Source: Polyangiaceae bacterium (lineage in GTDB: Bacteria > Myxococcota_A > Polyangia > Polyangiales > Polyangiaceae). Taken from it: 64,000 bases of DNA. The notes beneath the pieces are model-generated. The model made no database searches. It saw only the letters and a program-made list of their open reading frames with translations, and was not told where the DNA came from. The stretch is taken from positions 271,350 to 335,349 of the forward strand of contig JBNKBE010000003.1 of NCBI GenBank assembly GCA_050287085.1, read 5' to 3'. A program made the translations under genes and the position numbers. Shown here piece after piece: positions 38,701 through 48,154 of the stretch. Positions within the stretch are counted from its first letter, which is position 1, and every line of letters starts with the position of its first letter.

Positions 38701-38989
38701 TGACGCCGTCTACCTCACGCACGGCCTCCTCGACCGCGAGCAGCACGCCCTGTTCGACTTCAGCAGGGCTCGCGCCGGGGTAGGCGACGTTGATCAACAC
38801 CATGTCGAGTTCAAACTGTGGGAACACCTCTTGCTTGACGTTCAGCAGGCTGAGCAATCCTCCGAAGAAGATGGTGAACATCAACAGATTCGCGGCGACG
38901 GCGTTGCCCGCCATCCACGCAAGGGGACCTTTCAGCCTCGAGCGCCACGGTGGAATCGCTTCACCCTGTTCGTCCACGTCAGCCACCAT
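35756..38989 (-). CDS. RND efflux permease subunit (AcrB/AcrD/AcrF family)
   Basis: YPGASPAEVE, LGMVVDDAIVVGE, GVVVNDS, RFRPILLTSLTT..GL.P. Confidence 0.95.
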   Translation of the reverse strand: MVADVDEQGEAIPPWRSRLKGPLAWMAGNAVAANLLMFTIFFGGLLSLLNVKQEVFPQFELDMVLINVAYPGASPAEVEQGVLLAVEEAVREVDGVKEVSSTALEGTGVVVVELTLGTDSSRALADVKGAVDRITSFPQDVERPIVSLASNRREVITLVVYGDQEEKALRHLAEDMRDGLLASDDITVVELGAVRPLEVSIEVPQAELRRYGLTLEQVSQLVRRASVELPGGGVKTPSGEILVRTAERRRSRDEFAQIAILSRPDGSEIRLGQIAEIDDGFRETDQSASFDGLQAAMIRVFRVGDETPVAVAQAVKDYEQRAAARLPAGVRVSTWSDWSEMYQQRLKLLTDNAKMGLVLVLIVLALFLEVRLAFWVTLGIPISFVGALAFLPPLDASVNMISLFAFIVTLGMVVDDAIVVGEAIYHKRSEGLRGLDAAVAGIKEVAVPVVFAILTTLVAFAPMLFVPGAMGKFFRLIPIVVMAVLSISLIESLLILPAHLAHSKTGGRGILGFIDRYQERFSAGVERFIIGSFGPFLRRALDYRYLVIALGICALLLSAGLVAGGRVNFTFMPKVEGDVVVADVALPFGAPVEDTHEVIDRLVHSAQGLLEEMGGQDEVSRGVFAQVGNTGFFAGGARPTAARGGGGHVGEVAVYLVPLGERAFTSSEFSARWRQRVGEIPGLEHLKFNYNIGGPSAGAPVDVELSHTDVAVLEEAATELAEALQGYAGVFDIDDGFSAGKQQLDFKLRPEARALGLTELELARQVRASFFGSEAVREQRGREELRVFVRLPQSERHSEFDVESLLLQTPGGGEIPLADAATVARGRSFTEIKRREGRRVVNVSADVDNSITNAGKVLADVKREIIPRLISRYRGLGVSLEGEQAAQREALGALGIGFLFALFGIYALLAVVFRSYAQPLIIMLVIPFGLVGALLGHLAMSYSLSLMSMMGIVALSGVVVNDSLILIVAINEFRSVASDGLEAITLGAVRRFRPILLTSLTTFLGLVPMILETSAQARFLIPMAISLGFGVLFATVICLLLVPAVYAAMLDLLSVWRRLSGAYRRAGDRGGLETGGA

Positions 38990-40262
38990 TCCCCGCCGCA
39001 GTAGTCCGTGGCGGGCCGGCGTCCTCGCCCAAGCCCGCTGCCGGTAGTTTCTCTGAAGCCTTCCCCGGCGCGGAGCGCTCCTGCGCTACGGCTGCGCCGT
39101 CGTCGCCGGCCAGACGCAGTCGCATGCCCGAGACGGGACTTGCAACACGGCTTGTGATGAGCCGCTCCCCCTCCCGAAGCCCCGAAGACGCCAAAACAAC
39201 GTCTGCCGTTCGCCATGCAACGTTCACCCGGCGCGTTTCCAGCTTTCCGTCGCTGTACAGCAGCACGCGGTCGCCGTCTTGTACCGTTCGCGCAGGCAGC
39301 TCAAAGACGTCAACTTGATTACCTGCGGCCAGCTGCACGCTCACAAAAGCCCCCAGCAATAGCGGCAGCCGACTGCCATCCCCTCCCCCGAGTGGATCCT
39401 GCACCTCCACGAGCAGACGCGCCATTCGCCCCGCCGGGTCCAAGTCGCCCAACAGACGCACAACCCGTCCCTGACGCGAAACCTGTGCCTTGCCCGACCC
39501 CTGAGTGACAGTCGCCAGAGCACCGTCCTCGGCTGCTACCCCTCTCAACCCGGGAATCGAAATATGCGCCAAGGCCTCCAAGCTGACAGCCACCTGAATC
39601 CAATAGGCTTCCGTTCCGATCAACGTCGCGGCTTGTGTCTGCGGACTCACCAACTGCCCCAGTTCGACGTTCTCGCTTTGCACCCAGGCGTCAAAAGGGG
39701 CGTTCACGGTCGTTCGTCCAACGTTGAGTTCCGCACGCTCCCGAGCGCTCCTGGCGGCGGCGAGCGAAGCCCGCGCCGTTTCGAGCTGGGGCTGACGCAG
39801 TGCGATGGCACGCCCCTCCGGCGTAGCCCGCTCGTCCTCACCAATGATGGCCCATTCGTCCTGCGCCACGCGATGCTGCATTTGCTCTAGCTTCAACTGC
39901 AGCTCGGCTTGTTCAACCGTGGAGCGTTGCTGCTTGACCGCAAGCCGGTAGTCGCGAGCATCAACTCGCAGCAGCGGCGTTCCCGCCGCAACTCGTCCAC
40001 CGGGAACCAGTTGCTCGTTCAGCCACGTAACTCGCCCCGTGACCTCGGGTTGGATCACGACACGCCGACTGGGCGTTACTGTGCCATGCGCCTCAATAGT
40101 CACCGCGCGCGAGACGCGCCTCAGGGGCTGGGTTTCGACCAGCTCACCGAGGTGCTCGATCGGCTTCTTTGCAGGCTCCGGTCGAGTGCGGACCAGCATC
40201 ACAAGACCCAGAACGCCAACCGCCAGGACCACAATGGGTAATAGTCCCTTTAACCACTTCAT
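38979..40262 (-). CDS. RND efflux periplasmic adaptor (membrane fusion protein)
   Basis: N-terminal TM, EVTGRV lipoyl half, coiled hairpin, 'RTTVNAPFD', 'GLREGE'. Confidence 0.92.
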   Translation of the reverse strand: MKWLKGLLPIVVLAVGVLGLVMLVRTRPEPAKKPIEHLGELVETQPLRRVSRAVTIEAHGTVTPSRRVVIQPEVTGRVTWLNEQLVPGGRVAAGTPLLRVDARDYRLAVKQQRSTVEQAELQLKLEQMQHRVAQDEWAIIGEDERATPEGRAIALRQPQLETARASLAAARSARERAELNVGRTTVNAPFDAWVQSENVELGQLVSPQTQAATLIGTEAYWIQVAVSLEALAHISIPGLRGVAAEDGALATVTQGSGKAQVSRQGRVVRLLGDLDPAGRMARLLVEVQDPLGGGDGSRLPLLLGAFVSVQLAAGNQVDVFELPARTVQDGDRVLLYSDGKLETRRVNVAWRTADVVLASSGLREGERLITSRVASPVSGMRLRLAGDDGAAVAQERSAPGKASEKLPAAGLGEDAGPPRTTAAGNGG

Positions 40263-40447
40263 GTTCGTGCTCCGCTAGGTCGAGGCTCTTGCGCCCTAGA
40301 ACGGACGTTCTTCGCCGCGATAAGGTTATCAGTGCGTGCGTACAAGAGCGGAAAACGCCCCCGCATCGCCGGCCAATTGGCCGCCGTACGCCAAGCTCCA
40401 ACTCTGGCATCGCTGCACAACTCGTTCGCTGGTACCACGGCCACCCG

Positions 40448-40897
40448 ATGAATACCAAAGCCGCATTCGTCCTCGCTACCTGGTTCGGTTTTGGCAAGGC
40501 GCCCAAGGCCCCGGGAACCGTGGGTGCGATGGGTGCCTTGCTTCTCTACCTTCCGCTCCGCCACACCTCCAGCGGGGTGTATTGGGGCGTCACGCTGGCC
40601 GTGACCCTGATAGGGACCTGGGCCGCTCATCGCGCTGCCCTCGAGAGCGGGGATCCGGACCCTGGTTGGGTCGTCATCGACGAAGTAGCCGGGGTCTTGA
40701 TCGCCCTCGGGTTGGTCCGCAGCGATGGCCTCTTCGTGGAAGCCGCCGCGTGGGTCCTATTTCGCGTCCTGGATATCTGGAAGCCGGGTCCGATCCACGC
40801 TGCGGAACGACTCCCCCCCAAGGGGTTCGGCATCATGGCCGATGATCTGCTTGCAGGAGCCGTCGCGGGTCTGCTTGCAGGGCTCTTGGCTCTGTAA
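40448..40897 (+). CDS. pgpA: Phosphatidylglycerophosphatase A
   Basis: ATWFGFG..PKAPGT.G, DPG.VVIDEVAG, LFR.LDI.KP.PI, GIMADD. Confidence 0.95.
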   Translation: MNTKAAFVLATWFGFGKAPKAPGTVGAMGALLLYLPLRHTSSGVYWGVTLAVTLIGTWAAHRAALESGDPDPGWVVIDEVAGVLIALGLVRSDGLFVEAAAWVLFRVLDIWKPGPIHAAERLPPKGFGIMADDLLAGAVAGLLAGLLAL

Positions 40898-40939
40898 CCC
40901 CGGCTTCCTTCTTGGAGCGAGGCCTAGTAGACTCCACCG

Positions 40940-41296
40940 ATGATTCTCGGGGTCTGCAGAATCACCCTCTTCTTGCCAGAAAACGACTCGTTGAAGGGAA
41001 AGCGGTCAGTGTTGCGCCCGCTGCTGGCTAAAGCACGCCACCGCTTCAACCTCGCCGCGGCGGAAGTGGCTCATGCCGACGACCACCACAACGCCGAGCT
41101 CGCCTTCGTTGTGGTTTCCAGCAGCAGCCGACATGTCGACGAAATGTTGGGGCAAGTGGTGCGCTTTTGTGAAAGCACCTGCCCTGCGGAAATCTCCGCC
41201 ATCTCCACAGAACGCATCGCGGTGAACGCCGCCGTTGGTCCCAATATGGCAACCGGGGGCGACTTCGAACTACCTGCACATTGGCGAGGGGCGTGA
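40940..41296 (+). CDS. DUF503 (YlxP-like) protein
   Basis: L.LPENDSLKGKRSV, RFN.AAAEV. Confidence 0.9.
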   Translation: MILGVCRITLFLPENDSLKGKRSVLRPLLAKARHRFNLAAAEVAHADDHHNAELAFVVVSSSSRHVDEMLGQVVRFCESTCPAEISAISTERIAVNAAVGPNMATGGDFELPAHWRGA

Positions 41297-41387
41297 CACA
41301 TCGACCCATGCGATCGGGTTGTGGCTTGACGCCGTAGTAGCGAGCCGCTAGAGGTCGCGCTCCAGTATCGGAGTCGATACACAACCC

Positions 41388-41577
41388 CGTTCGGTGCCCT
41401 CTGGGGCATAAAAGGGAAGCCGGTGAGAATCCGGCACGGTCCCGCCACTGTAAGTGGGTCACGGCAAGGCAACGATGTCACTCGGTCACTCCGGGGAAGA
41501 CGCCTGGCCGCGAATAGACGACGTGCGCTGACGCTTGTTAGTCTATTCACCCCGCAAGTCAGGAGACCTACCGAACG
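41388..41577 (+). ncRNA. Cobalamin (B12) riboswitch
   Basis: AAAAGGGAA-GCCGGTGAGAATCCGGC-ACGGTCCCGCCACTGT, GGGAAG, B12 box AAGTCAGGAGACCT; P1 cgttcggt/accgaacg; upstream of Btu operon. Confidence 0.95.
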
Positions 41578-41611
41578 ACCACGCGCCTAGTCCGCGGGAA
41601 ACGGATGAACG

Positions 41612-42625
41612 GTGTCTCCAGAGAAGTCCCCTTACCCCTCATTTGCCCTGGTTGTGACCGGCCTAATCACGCTGCTGGCGTGTGTGATGCTGCTGTCGCT
41701 CGTCGTCGGTCAAGGAAGTCTGGGTCACGAGGACTTGAAGTACGTCCTGCTCCAACTGCGCGCAGGACGTATGGCCGCAGCTCTCTTGGCTGGCTCGGCC
41801 CTCGCTATTGCCGGTGTGCTCGTTCAGGGTCTGTTCCAGAACCCGCTAGCGAGCCCATCGGTCATCGGCACCACCGGGGGAGCCAGTCTCGGAGGACAGG
41901 TGGCGATGCTTGGGTTCAGTGCCTTTGCTGAAGTAGCCGCACGCGCTCACATCGTGCCCGAGATGGTCTTGCCCATCGGCTGCATTCTGGGGGCGCTATT
42001 GGGATTGATGCTACTGCTATTGCTAACACGCATTGACGCAGATCGCGTGTTGCTGGTGCTAGCGGGCTTCCTGCTTTCGTCGCTCTTTGTAAGCCTGAGC
42101 GGCTTCATTACGAGCGTGGCCCAGGAACGCTGGGAATTGGCTCGCGCCATCGTTTCTTTTGCCCTGGGAGATCTCAGCGGGGCCGGCGCACGCCACATTG
42201 CGCTCGCTCTGCCCTTGGTACTCGCGGGTGGGTTGGGCGCCTTGTTATGGGCCCGCCCCCTCGACTTGATGTTATCGGGCCCCGAAGAAGCGGCGACCTT
42301 GGGAGTCGACGTGGCGCGCTTGAGACGCTGGACCATTCTTTGGACCTCCATTCTGACCGCAGCGGCCGTCAGTCTAGGGGGCAACGTGGGCTTCGTCGGC
42401 CTGGTCGTGCCCCACGCATTGCGACCTTGGGTAGGCACACTGCATGGCCGCTTGATTGTCGCATCGGCGATCGGAGGCGCCCTATTTCTAGTCGCCTGCG
42501 ATGTCATCTGCCGAGTGCTGCCCACGCGCGGCGAGCTCCCGTTGGGAGTCGTCACCGGAATGATTGGAGCGCCTACATTTCTAGTCCTTCTGTTGCGCTA
42601 TCGCGGGGGATACGCGAATGATTAG
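41612..42625 (+). CDS. btuC: Cobalamin ABC transporter permease (FecCD/BtuC)
   Basis: QGLFQNPLASP..IG...GA, EEAATLGV, GNVGFVGLVVPH, ELPLGVVT..IGAP.F. Confidence 0.88.
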   Translation: MSPEKSPYPSFALVVTGLITLLACVMLLSLVVGQGSLGHEDLKYVLLQLRAGRMAAALLAGSALAIAGVLVQGLFQNPLASPSVIGTTGGASLGGQVAMLGFSAFAEVAARAHIVPEMVLPIGCILGALLGLMLLLLLTRIDADRVLLVLAGFLLSSLFVSLSGFITSVAQERWELARAIVSFALGDLSGAGARHIALALPLVLAGGLGALLWARPLDLMLSGPEEAATLGVDVARLRRWTILWTSILTAAAVSLGGNVGFVGLVVPHALRPWVGTLHGRLIVASAIGGALFLVACDVICRVLPTRGELPLGVVTGMIGAPTFLVLLLRYRGGYAND

Positions 42626-43640
42626 GTGCAGCCCCCTCGCTCTGCGGAGCAACTCGGTTAACGGCCTGCTCTTCGCAATCGCCCTAGCGCTGGCCGTCTA
42701 CCAGGCCTTTGCCTCGCGGCCCGATCAGGCGCACAACGTGGCTCGCTACGTAGCACGAGCGCCCTATGCAGCCACGACGCCTGAGCGCCTAGAAGACGGC
42801 ACGCTGGTGCTCCGCGATTTTGGCGGTCAGCCAGTGCCGCTTCGCACCTATCAGCGCATTGCTTCCGGGAGCACCATCGCCGATGAGGTGCTTCTTGAGA
42901 TTGTGGCACCTGAACGCCTGATAGCAGTTGCCGCGAGGTCACTAGAGCATCCCCTTCACGGCCATCGCTATCATGGCAAGAGCGTCATCACATCGACCGA
43001 AGACGTCGAGCATATCCTGTCGCTGGCCCCGGATCTGGTGGTCGTCAACACACTCGGCAACGAGGCGCGCAAACAGCGACTGATCGACGTAGGTATGACC
43101 GTATTCGATCTGGGCGCCATGCGCGGGCTCACCACCCTACTGCCCAATATTCAGAGCCTGGGGCTACTTGTGGGAGAGCCGGAGCGCGCCAAACGCCTCG
43201 CGACTGCGCTGTTGCGACGCATGGCCAGTATCGCAGCCGACATTCCTGAACCCCAGCGCCTGGCTGGCGCCTACGTTGGAGTGCATGGTCAACAGCTATA
43301 CGGCGGCACACGCGGCTCCAGCTATGCCGATGTCCTCGCGGCGGCCGGCGTACGTGACGTTGCTGCACGCGACTTTGACGGTTGGCCTGCGTACGAACCC
43401 GAAGAGCTCCTACAACTCGACCCACCGCTAGTGATCACCCAGCTTGGCACGGCTGAACTTCTATGTCGCCACACCGAGCTTTCTAGACTCGCTGCCTGCT
43501 CGGGCGCCGGACGCATCGTCGAAATCGATCCCCTGGTCTTGGGCAGTCCGGGCCTGGACATGGCGGTCGCCGCCGAGCAGATCCGCGACGCCGTCTATGG
43601 CCCTCCGCGCCTACGTCCGGAGCCGCGAGATGACCTCTAG
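42618..43640 (+). CDS. Cobalamin ABC substrate-binding protein (BtuF-like)
   Basis: RIAS....DEVL, E.ILSL.PDLV, EELLQLDP helical-backbone fold motifs. Confidence 0.8.
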   Translation: MIRCSPLALRSNSVNGLLFAIALALAVYQAFASRPDQAHNVARYVARAPYAATTPERLEDGTLVLRDFGGQPVPLRTYQRIASGSTIADEVLLEIVAPERLIAVAARSLEHPLHGHRYHGKSVITSTEDVEHILSLAPDLVVVNTLGNEARKQRLIDVGMTVFDLGAMRGLTTLLPNIQSLGLLVGEPERAKRLATALLRRMASIAADIPEPQRLAGAYVGVHGQQLYGGTRGSSYADVLAAAGVRDVAARDFDGWPAYEPEELLQLDPPLVITQLGTAELLCRHTELSRLAACSGAGRIVEIDPLVLGSPGLDMAVAAEQIRDAVYGPPRLRPEPRDDL

Positions 43641-45711
43641 CCAAGGGCCAACGCTCAGTCGAAAGCGTGCTCGTGGTCTCCGCGGCGCTCTGCGACAACA
43701 GCCCGGCTTGCTCCTCCGAATACAACTGCTCGGAGGCGGGCTATTGTGCGCCAATCAGCTCGCCTCAGCCAAGGCTCCGCCGGAGGTCGTCATCCGCGAA
43801 CGGCCCCCGCTCCTAGAGCAAGCCGCTCACGCGGGCTCGGGAGCCTCGAGTTCATTGCCCGAGCGAATGCTGCGCGGAGCAGGCGATACTCTCACAGACG
43901 CGCTCGAACGGGTGCCAGGCCTTCAACTCCAACGCGCGGGTGGACAAGCCGACATCGCTACCGCGTCACTGCGCGGAGCCGACGCCAAACAGGTCCCAGT
44001 ATATCTCGGCGGAGTTCGGCTAAACGACGAAGTAAGTGGTACAGCCGATCTATCCCTCGTTCCGCTTCCGATGCTCGAACGGGTGGACGTCTACCGCGGA
44101 AACGCCCCCATCACGGCAGACCGGCTTGGCATTGGCGGCGCCATCTACCTGCACCCACGAAGGCCGCGCAGCGCGGGAGCACGCGTCGGGCTCCGACTGG
44201 GTTCGTTCGGAGAGCGAGGAGCCATCGCGCTTGGGGAATTCGGTACTGGCTCTGCCTCCACGCTGCTTGCCCTGGACGTGCAGGGCGCCACCAACGACTT
44301 TCCCTTCCAAAACGACTTTGGGCAGCGCTTCGTCGTGCGTGAACGTCGCGATAGGCGCAGCAATGCGGACTACACGCAGGCTAACGCCTGGAGCACGAGT
44401 CGGTATCACATCGGACAGCTGAAGATCGAGACGGTACTCAACGCGTTCCGGCGCGAAAAAGGTGTCGCCGGACTACCCAATTCCGGAGTCGACCATGCGC
44501 GCAGCCAGGCGTCACGGTGGCTCGCCGCAACCAACATTCAGGTACCGTGTCGCTCGGCGGGCGGGTGCCAACTCGAATTGTCGACGGCATGGCTCCGCGA
44601 CGGTCAGCTTCTCTCCGATCCGCTGCTCGAACTCAACGGTCGAACCCGGCTCAGTGAGACATCAGGACAGCGTCTCAGCCAAGACCTTCGACTGAGCGTG
44701 CAGACGGCTCCCTGGCTCAGATGGACCGGTGCGGTTCACGCAAGCTACGCCACGTTGGATGTCCTGCGCCTTCGGGTGTTGCCGCATAGCGGCAGTCGAA
44801 GCGTGTTCATCGGCAAGCTCGGTAGCGAGCTGGATCTTGGGACGTGGGCGACGGTACATGGCCTTGCAACGCTCACGTGCCAGACGACCCGCGGTCGAGG
44901 TGAACGCTTCAATCGGGTCACCTACTACGATGGCGGTACGTGTGGCCTGCTCGAACCGACTGGGCGCCTCGGACTGACGGTGCATGCGACAGAACGGATA
45001 GAGGTGTTGGCAAACGCCGGTCGCTATGTGCGCCCGCCCTCCCTGTCGGAGCTCTACGGCATATCCGCCTACGTGCAGGGCAACGAACGACTCGAGCCGG
45101 AGGCGGGCTTGAGCCTCGACCTAGGCACCAGGCTCACTGAAACGTTCGGGCCAATCGAGCTGGCCATGGACGCTTTCGCCTTTCGGCGCACAGCGACCAA
45201 CCTCGTCCGTTATCGACGCAGTGGCCCGCAGAGCGTTACCCCCTACAACGTGAGTCGTGCTCGGCTCCTGGGAATTGACGCATCGGGTTCGGTAGCAGCC
45301 TTCGATCACGTCGCGCTCTCGCTCGCCTGCACGGCCATCGACGCGCGAGAAACGACGGCAGAGCGCCGTCTAGACCCGACTGTCAATGACGTGCTGCCAC
45401 TCACCGCGCCGCTGATTCTACACACCGAGCTGTCGTTTTACACTCGCCAGCATCAGGCCCTGCTGGACACTGACTACGCGGCGCTTGCGCTGAGCGTACA
45501 CCATCGCAGTTCACGTTTCGCAGACAGCGCCGGACAAGTCGTGCTGCCTGCGCAGGACCGCGTGGACGTGGAGTTTCATAGCGATCACTTCAAGGGCACA
45601 CTCCAGGCTCGTCTTGCGGTTCGCAACTGGCTGGCCCAACGCACCCTCGACATCATCGGATTACCCCTCCCCGAACGTAGCTACCACGCCTCCCTGGAGG
45701 CGCACTACTGA
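43630..45711 (+). CDS. TonB-dependent outer-membrane receptor (BtuB-like)
   Basis: Plug motifs 'L.D.LERVPG', 'SLRG', 'LERVDVYRG', 'R.PSL.ELY', 'N..L.PE', aromatic C-terminus; ATG 43630 overlaps upstream gene. Confidence 0.88.
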   Translation: MTSSQGPTLSRKRARGLRGALRQQPGLLLRIQLLGGGLLCANQLASAKAPPEVVIRERPPLLEQAAHAGSGASSSLPERMLRGAGDTLTDALERVPGLQLQRAGGQADIATASLRGADAKQVPVYLGGVRLNDEVSGTADLSLVPLPMLERVDVYRGNAPITADRLGIGGAIYLHPRRPRSAGARVGLRLGSFGERGAIALGEFGTGSASTLLALDVQGATNDFPFQNDFGQRFVVRERRDRRSNADYTQANAWSTSRYHIGQLKIETVLNAFRREKGVAGLPNSGVDHARSQASRWLAATNIQVPCRSAGGCQLELSTAWLRDGQLLSDPLLELNGRTRLSETSGQRLSQDLRLSVQTAPWLRWTGAVHASYATLDVLRLRVLPHSGSRSVFIGKLGSELDLGTWATVHGLATLTCQTTRGRGERFNRVTYYDGGTCGLLEPTGRLGLTVHATERIEVLANAGRYVRPPSLSELYGISAYVQGNERLEPEAGLSLDLGTRLTETFGPIELAMDAFAFRRTATNLVRYRRSGPQSVTPYNVSRARLLGIDASGSVAAFDHVALSLACTAIDARETTAERRLDPTVNDVLPLTAPLILHTELSFYTRQHQALLDTDYAALALSVHHRSSRFADSAGQVVLPAQDRVDVEFHSDHFKGTLQARLAVRNWLAQRTLDIIGLPLPERSYHASLEAHY

Positions 45712-45735
45712 CCCATTCCTCCATCGAAATCCAAT

Positions 45736-47202
45736 ATGACCGACAATACCCTCGTTTCCATTGATCCGTGTCCGCCCTGGGCGTCCAACACACACCGCTC
45801 CAGCAGCAGGAGTTGCCTTTGCGCGCTAGCACTGGGCGCCGCCTTGACTACTGGCTGCAACTTGGAGGCAGCAAACCCAACCCCCACCGGCCTTGTAACC
45901 CCCGACGGTGGCACCGACGACGAAACGCCCGACGGTGGCCCCAGCGACGAGACGCCCGACTCCCCTGCGGATGCAGGACGCCATGAAGATGCACCTGCAG
46001 ACATGGACTCTGGAGCCGATGCAAACGTCTCCACGACCGACGCCGGAGCAGGCTCAGAGCAGACGGACGAAGCTCACGGCTTTCTCGTCGTCAACACCGA
46101 CTACGAGTCGGTAAGCGTCAGTGCAGTCGACTTCGATGGCCAGGTCCTCAGCCCCTCGCTCATCTCTTCGGCCAGCGCGGACGTTGGCTTATCCGAGCCA
46201 CTCTCTTCCGATCTCGTGCTGCCCTCGACTCCGGCGCAAGGCGGCTCGGCGGTTCTGATCGATCGCAAGCAAGCGGTCCTCAGTTGGCTTCAGGTCGAGA
46301 GCGGCGAGGTCACGGCCCAGCTCCAAGTCGGAACCGGGTTTCAGTCCAATCCTCACGACTACCTCGAGCTGGGTCCAACGCGCGCCTACGTCTCGCGCTG
46401 GGAACCGAACTTCGACGGGGGCAAGGAAGAATACGATGGCGGCGATGACGTTCTCATCGTCAATCCGAAAACCCAGGCCTTGGTTGGCCGGATCGATCTC
46501 CACGCGGCGATCGAAGATGAAAGCTCGGCCTTCCTGGTGCGCCCAGAGCACCTTCTCCCGTTCGGCGCTTTCGTCGCCCTCACAGCGGCCGTGATCGACG
46601 AAACATTCGCGAATATCGCCACGGGACGGGTCCTCTTGCTCGACCCAGCCACGAACGAACTCAAGCAGACGCTCGTGCTCGAGGGCGTGTCAAACTGCGT
46701 TTCGGCAGCGCTTTCGCCGAACGGTCAAACGCTGGCTGTCAGCTGCGGTGGGCCCTGGGGTGTTGATCCCGAAGAGGGCTTTCCGGAATCAGCCATTGTG
46801 CTGCTGGGCTTGGAAGATGAGAGTCTGGTCGAGGTGGATCGCTTTGCCGCCCAGGACTTGGGTGGTGCCAAGCTCAACGAGCTGGCGTGGGCCACGCCCG
46901 AACATCTGCTGTTTTCGACCTACGGAGCTTCAGACGACAAGGGCTTGGTATCACCTGACACAGTGCGCCTCTTGGACATCGCCCAGGGCAAACTCGTTGG
47001 TAAAGCATTGCTCAAGACCCGGGAACAAGCCTACAGCCTGGGAGCGGTGGCTTGCCACGAGCAGAGCTGCGTGGCCGCCGATGCGGAAGACGGGGTGCTG
47101 CATCACTTCACCTTCGACGCGGACGGTCAGGTCGCAAAGCAGCTTGAGTTGTCCCTAGATCAGACAACCGGCCTCCCGCCTCGCTACCTTGGAGTGTTCT
47201 AA
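45736..47202 (+). CDS. Surface lipoprotein, beta-propeller-like (BtuG-like role inferred)
   Basis: Lipobox TTGC, acidic TPDGG-repeat linker, 'SNPHDY', 'RAYVSR' propeller blades; inside B12 operon. Confidence 0.7.
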   Translation: MTDNTLVSIDPCPPWASNTHRSSSRSCLCALALGAALTTGCNLEAANPTPTGLVTPDGGTDDETPDGGPSDETPDSPADAGRHEDAPADMDSGADANVSTTDAGAGSEQTDEAHGFLVVNTDYESVSVSAVDFDGQVLSPSLISSASADVGLSEPLSSDLVLPSTPAQGGSAVLIDRKQAVLSWLQVESGEVTAQLQVGTGFQSNPHDYLELGPTRAYVSRWEPNFDGGKEEYDGGDDVLIVNPKTQALVGRIDLHAAIEDESSAFLVRPEHLLPFGAFVALTAAVIDETFANIATGRVLLLDPATNELKQTLVLEGVSNCVSAALSPNGQTLAVSCGGPWGVDPEEGFPESAIVLLGLEDESLVEVDRFAAQDLGGAKLNELAWATPEHLLFSTYGASDDKGLVSPDTVRLLDIAQGKLVGKALLKTREQAYSLGAVACHEQSCVAADAEDGVLHHFTFDADGQVAKQLELSLDQTTGLPPRYLGVF

Positions 47203-47219
47203 GGCTACACTCGCTGCTA

Positions 47220-48056
47220 GTGCTCGGACCCAATACCGTGACCATCACCCGCCCCCGAGATACGACGAGCCTCTCGCGCCCGAAGCTTCAGGCCGAAGCC
47301 CTCACCGTAGAGCGCAACGGACGGGTGCTGGTCAAGCACGTTTCATTCGAGGCGCAGGGCGGCGAACTGCTGGCGATTGTGGGCCCCAACGGGGCGGGCA
47401 AGACGTCGTTGCTCAAGGCGCTAGCGGGGGCGCTCCCGTACTCCGGCCGCGCCGTCCTCAACGGCCAGGAGCTCACCAGCGTCCAGCCTAGCGATCGCGC
47501 TCGCCTCATCGCCTACGTGCCTCAGAAGTCACAACTCAGAGCACCGATGCTAGCGCGAGAGGTCGTGGGGCTCGCGCGCTTCGCCCACCGCCCGCTGCGC
47601 GGCTCTTTGGACGGCGGCGATAAGGTCGTCGTTGAGCAGGCCCTGATCGCTACCTCGACGGCGCACCTTGCCGCACGCCGCTTCACTGAGCTCTCCGGAG
47701 GTGAACAGCAACGCGTATTGCTGGCACGAGCGCTCGCGACGGGTGCGCGCACGCTGCTCCTGGATGAGCCGGGCTCAAGCCTAGACGTGCAACATCAGCT
47801 GCTGCTCTTCGAGGAGTTACGCCGCCTCAGGGCGAAGGACTACTGTCTGATCGTCGTATTGCACGAGCTGGACGAGGTCCGGCGCTACGCCGACCGTGCT
47901 CTGCTGCTCCACAACGGAGGAGTCCTCGATGCCGCAAGAGGTCAATGCGTCGTCGACGGCCCGAAGATTCCTGAAGCCTACGGCGTATCGGTGATTCCGA
48001 ATGCGCGCATCGGCTTCGAAATCACGCCCAACAGAGCTCCAAAGGGGGACGCCTAA
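47220..48056 (+). CDS. Cobalamin/siderophore ABC ATPase (BtuD/FecE-like)
   Basis: GPNGAGKT, AYVPQ, LSGGEQQR, LLLDEP. Confidence 0.92.
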   Translation: MLGPNTVTITRPRDTTSLSRPKLQAEALTVERNGRVLVKHVSFEAQGGELLAIVGPNGAGKTSLLKALAGALPYSGRAVLNGQELTSVQPSDRARLIAYVPQKSQLRAPMLAREVVGLARFAHRPLRGSLDGGDKVVVEQALIATSTAHLAARRFTELSGGEQQRVLLARALATGARTLLLDEPGSSLDVQHQLLLFEELRRLRAKDYCLIVVLHELDEVRRYADRALLLHNGGVLDAARGQCVVDGPKIPEAYGVSVIPNARIGFEITPNRAPKGDA

Positions 48057-48092
48057 GGCCCGCCGACGGAAAAGAGTCAGCCGCGAGCCGGT

Positions 48093-48153
48093 CGAGCCCG
48101 CCCGCCACCGCAAGAGGCGCGGCCGGCGCAATCTGACTTCCCACGCGCGGGCC
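48093..48153. repeat. Dispersed ~62-bp intergenic repeat, copy B, within long imperfect hairpin 48057-48153
   Basis: 49/62 identity to 15261-15322; ggcccgc/gcgggcc, agtcag/ctgact and ccgcg/cgcgg nested inverted repeats. Confidence 0.65.
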
Positions 48154-48154
48154 G

